A DNA stretch of 64,000 nucleotides, taken from assembly GCA_002269645.1 (NCBI GenBank), contig NIVC01000080.1:248001-312000 (forward strand), read 5' to 3'. Positions within the stretch are counted from its first letter, which is position 1; each line of letters starts with the position of its first letter. The notes under the pieces were generated by a model. The model was not told the origin of the DNA, did no database searches, and saw nothing but the letters and a program-made list of their open reading frames with translations. The DNA comes from Macrostomum lignano (Eukaryota). Below, piece by piece: positions 62,766 to 64,000 of this stretch. The position numbers and the translations under genes are program-made.

Positions 62766-63125
62766 GGGCCCATGGCATAGTAGTCTAGTGTGTTGCTGTG
62801 ATGTGTCAGCTGCCCAGACTTGATTCAAGTGCAGTCACATTAATTTGTGGCTGAATTGGAATCTTTGCTTGGGTCTGCTTGTGCAATTAGCACCCTTGAT
62901 TGAGGGCTAACCCTAAGGCACAGTGAAGTGTACATGCATAACAGTAAATGAGGTTAGGACCGCTGTACACCTGTGTGTGTGCCTGTGAATATGACTGCAC
63001 ACTTGCCTGCTCAGTGGAGTCGGCAGAATGGGCAGTAATGGCTCTCGCCAGTTGTGTGACAATGTGGCTTCAAGTGCTCCAGAGTGCACTGCACACAGCC
63101 GCCCCTTCGCCTCTAATAAAAATAT
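62766..63125 (+). mobile_element. tRNA-derived SINE-like element
   Basis: A-box-like TGGCATAGTAGTCTAGTG, decayed B-box-like ACTTGATTC, motifs shared with the RPS3A intron copy, and an A-rich end (TAATAAAAATA). Confidence 0.55.
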
Positions 63126-63384
63126 TCAAGCTTTAAATCACTTCCCCAATGAAATGTAACCATACATTTTTGTTTCATGCTCTCAGTTTTAATTTTTTGT
63201 TAATGTTAAAGTTTTAGTTTGCAGTCGTTTTGATTGTTTTGCTTTTTTGTTGCGTTAATAACTTTTTTGACCATTCAACAATCAACAAACGCCTTTTTTG
63301 ATCTTAAAACAGCACTCATCTGGGGACGACTTCCTTTCGGATCGAAAGTTTCGTCGTAAAAATAGTCGGCCGCAAAAAGTGACA

Positions 63385-64000
63385 ATGATTGCTGACCAGA
63401 ACCAGTCAACTCACAATCGGCACAAGCAGTCTAATGATCTTCCCCAGCAAGTTGAGCAGATTGATCATCAGTCTGCTCTGGTTGCAGCGCAGGATGTGCC
63501 AAACGCTGCTGATGCTGATCCCTTTGCATCTCTTGTGATCGATGCTCCCGATCCATTAGCAGTTACTGCTGTTCCCACAGTGGCCGTCCAAGCCAGCAGC
63601 AGTCTTGGCCTGTGCGAGACCTGCGGATCGCCATTGTCCAGAATTAAAAATGGCCGATCTGACGCGTGCGACTTCATTGTTTTGTGCATCGACTGCACTT
63701 GCAACAGAATTAGCTTGCTGTTGGAGGAAAGTGGCAGTTGCGAACGAGGTGCTCCTGGCGATGCCAAAGCGGACACCAGCGTCGCTAGTGGAAGCGGCAC
63801 TAGCGCTGGCAACGCAGCGTCTGTGTCTTCATCAATTTATGCGTGCCGCTTGTGTCAACCGCCAGTAATGTTTGCCTCGTCAAGACTCTACCTAGAGCAC
63901 TACATGTGTGAGCACGAAAAAGTGACGCTTAAAGTTGAAGCATCCACTCCAGCAGATGATGAGCTAGATGCGGACGCTGCTATCGCCGCTGCAGCGGAAG
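63385..64000 (+). CDS. 5' part of a C2H2 zinc-finger protein, open to the window end
   Basis: ATG at 63385 followed by 205 stop-free codons (absent from the ORF track because there is no stop). Contains YACRLCQPPVMFASSRLYLEHYMCEH (C-x2-C...F...H-x4-H) and a CETC...CIDC cluster. Confidence 0.7.
   Translation, partial: MIADQNQSTHNRHKQSNDLPQQVEQIDHQSALVAAQDVPNAADADPFASLVIDAPDPLAVTAVPTVAVQASSSLGLCETCGSPLSRIKNGRSDACDFIVLCIDCTCNRISLLLEESGSCERGAPGDAKADTSVASGSGTSAGNAASVSSSIYACRLCQPPVMFASSRLYLEHYMCEHEKVTLKVEASTPADDELDADAAIAAAAE

Noticed and set aside
1-64000. Operon-like functional clustering of PHB1, GPCR, RPS3A, RFX, ANK-NEK and the ZF gene as one new system
   Set aside because: Orientations are mixed, spacing is 1.6-13 kb of repeats, and there are no shared regulatory motifs or pathway logic visible in the sequence.

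Overview
Eukaryotic (animal) genomic DNA with spliceosomal introns, not a prokaryotic locus. Minisatellite-stuffed introns, GC-rich codons and AT-rich spacers resemble a free-living flatworm such as Macrostomum, but that is inference only. Host genes reconstructed by hand: prohibitin 1 (+, 2 coding exons), an FMRFamide-receptor-like class A GPCR (+, 2 exons, 6-kb intron), ribosomal protein S3a/eS1 (-, 4 exons), an RFX5/RFX7-type transcription factor (-, 5 exons), a probable single gene joining N-terminal ankyrin repeats to a NEK11-like non-RD kinase (+, 6 exons), and the 5' part of a C2H2 zinc-finger ORF running off the right edge. Between and inside these genes are nine tandem arrays (units 20-58 bp, two with higher-order structure), two defective mariners, a Merlin remnant, hAT-type and other MITEs, two tRNA-derived SINE families, decayed LINE and Gypsy pieces, and a Crypton-like remnant. 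Most long ORFs in the supplied track are artefacts of tandem repeats or antisense frames. No CRISPR array or intact RNA gene was found, and nothing here can be shown to be a new multi-gene system. The best leads are the ankyrin-NEK fusion, a LINE with a 2A-like motif and three PHD-like fingers, a 51-bp hairpin micro-transposon inside a SINE's anticodon stem, two satellites whose seed sequence is still visible, and a sharp mosaic of CpG-free versus CpG-rich non-coding DNA.
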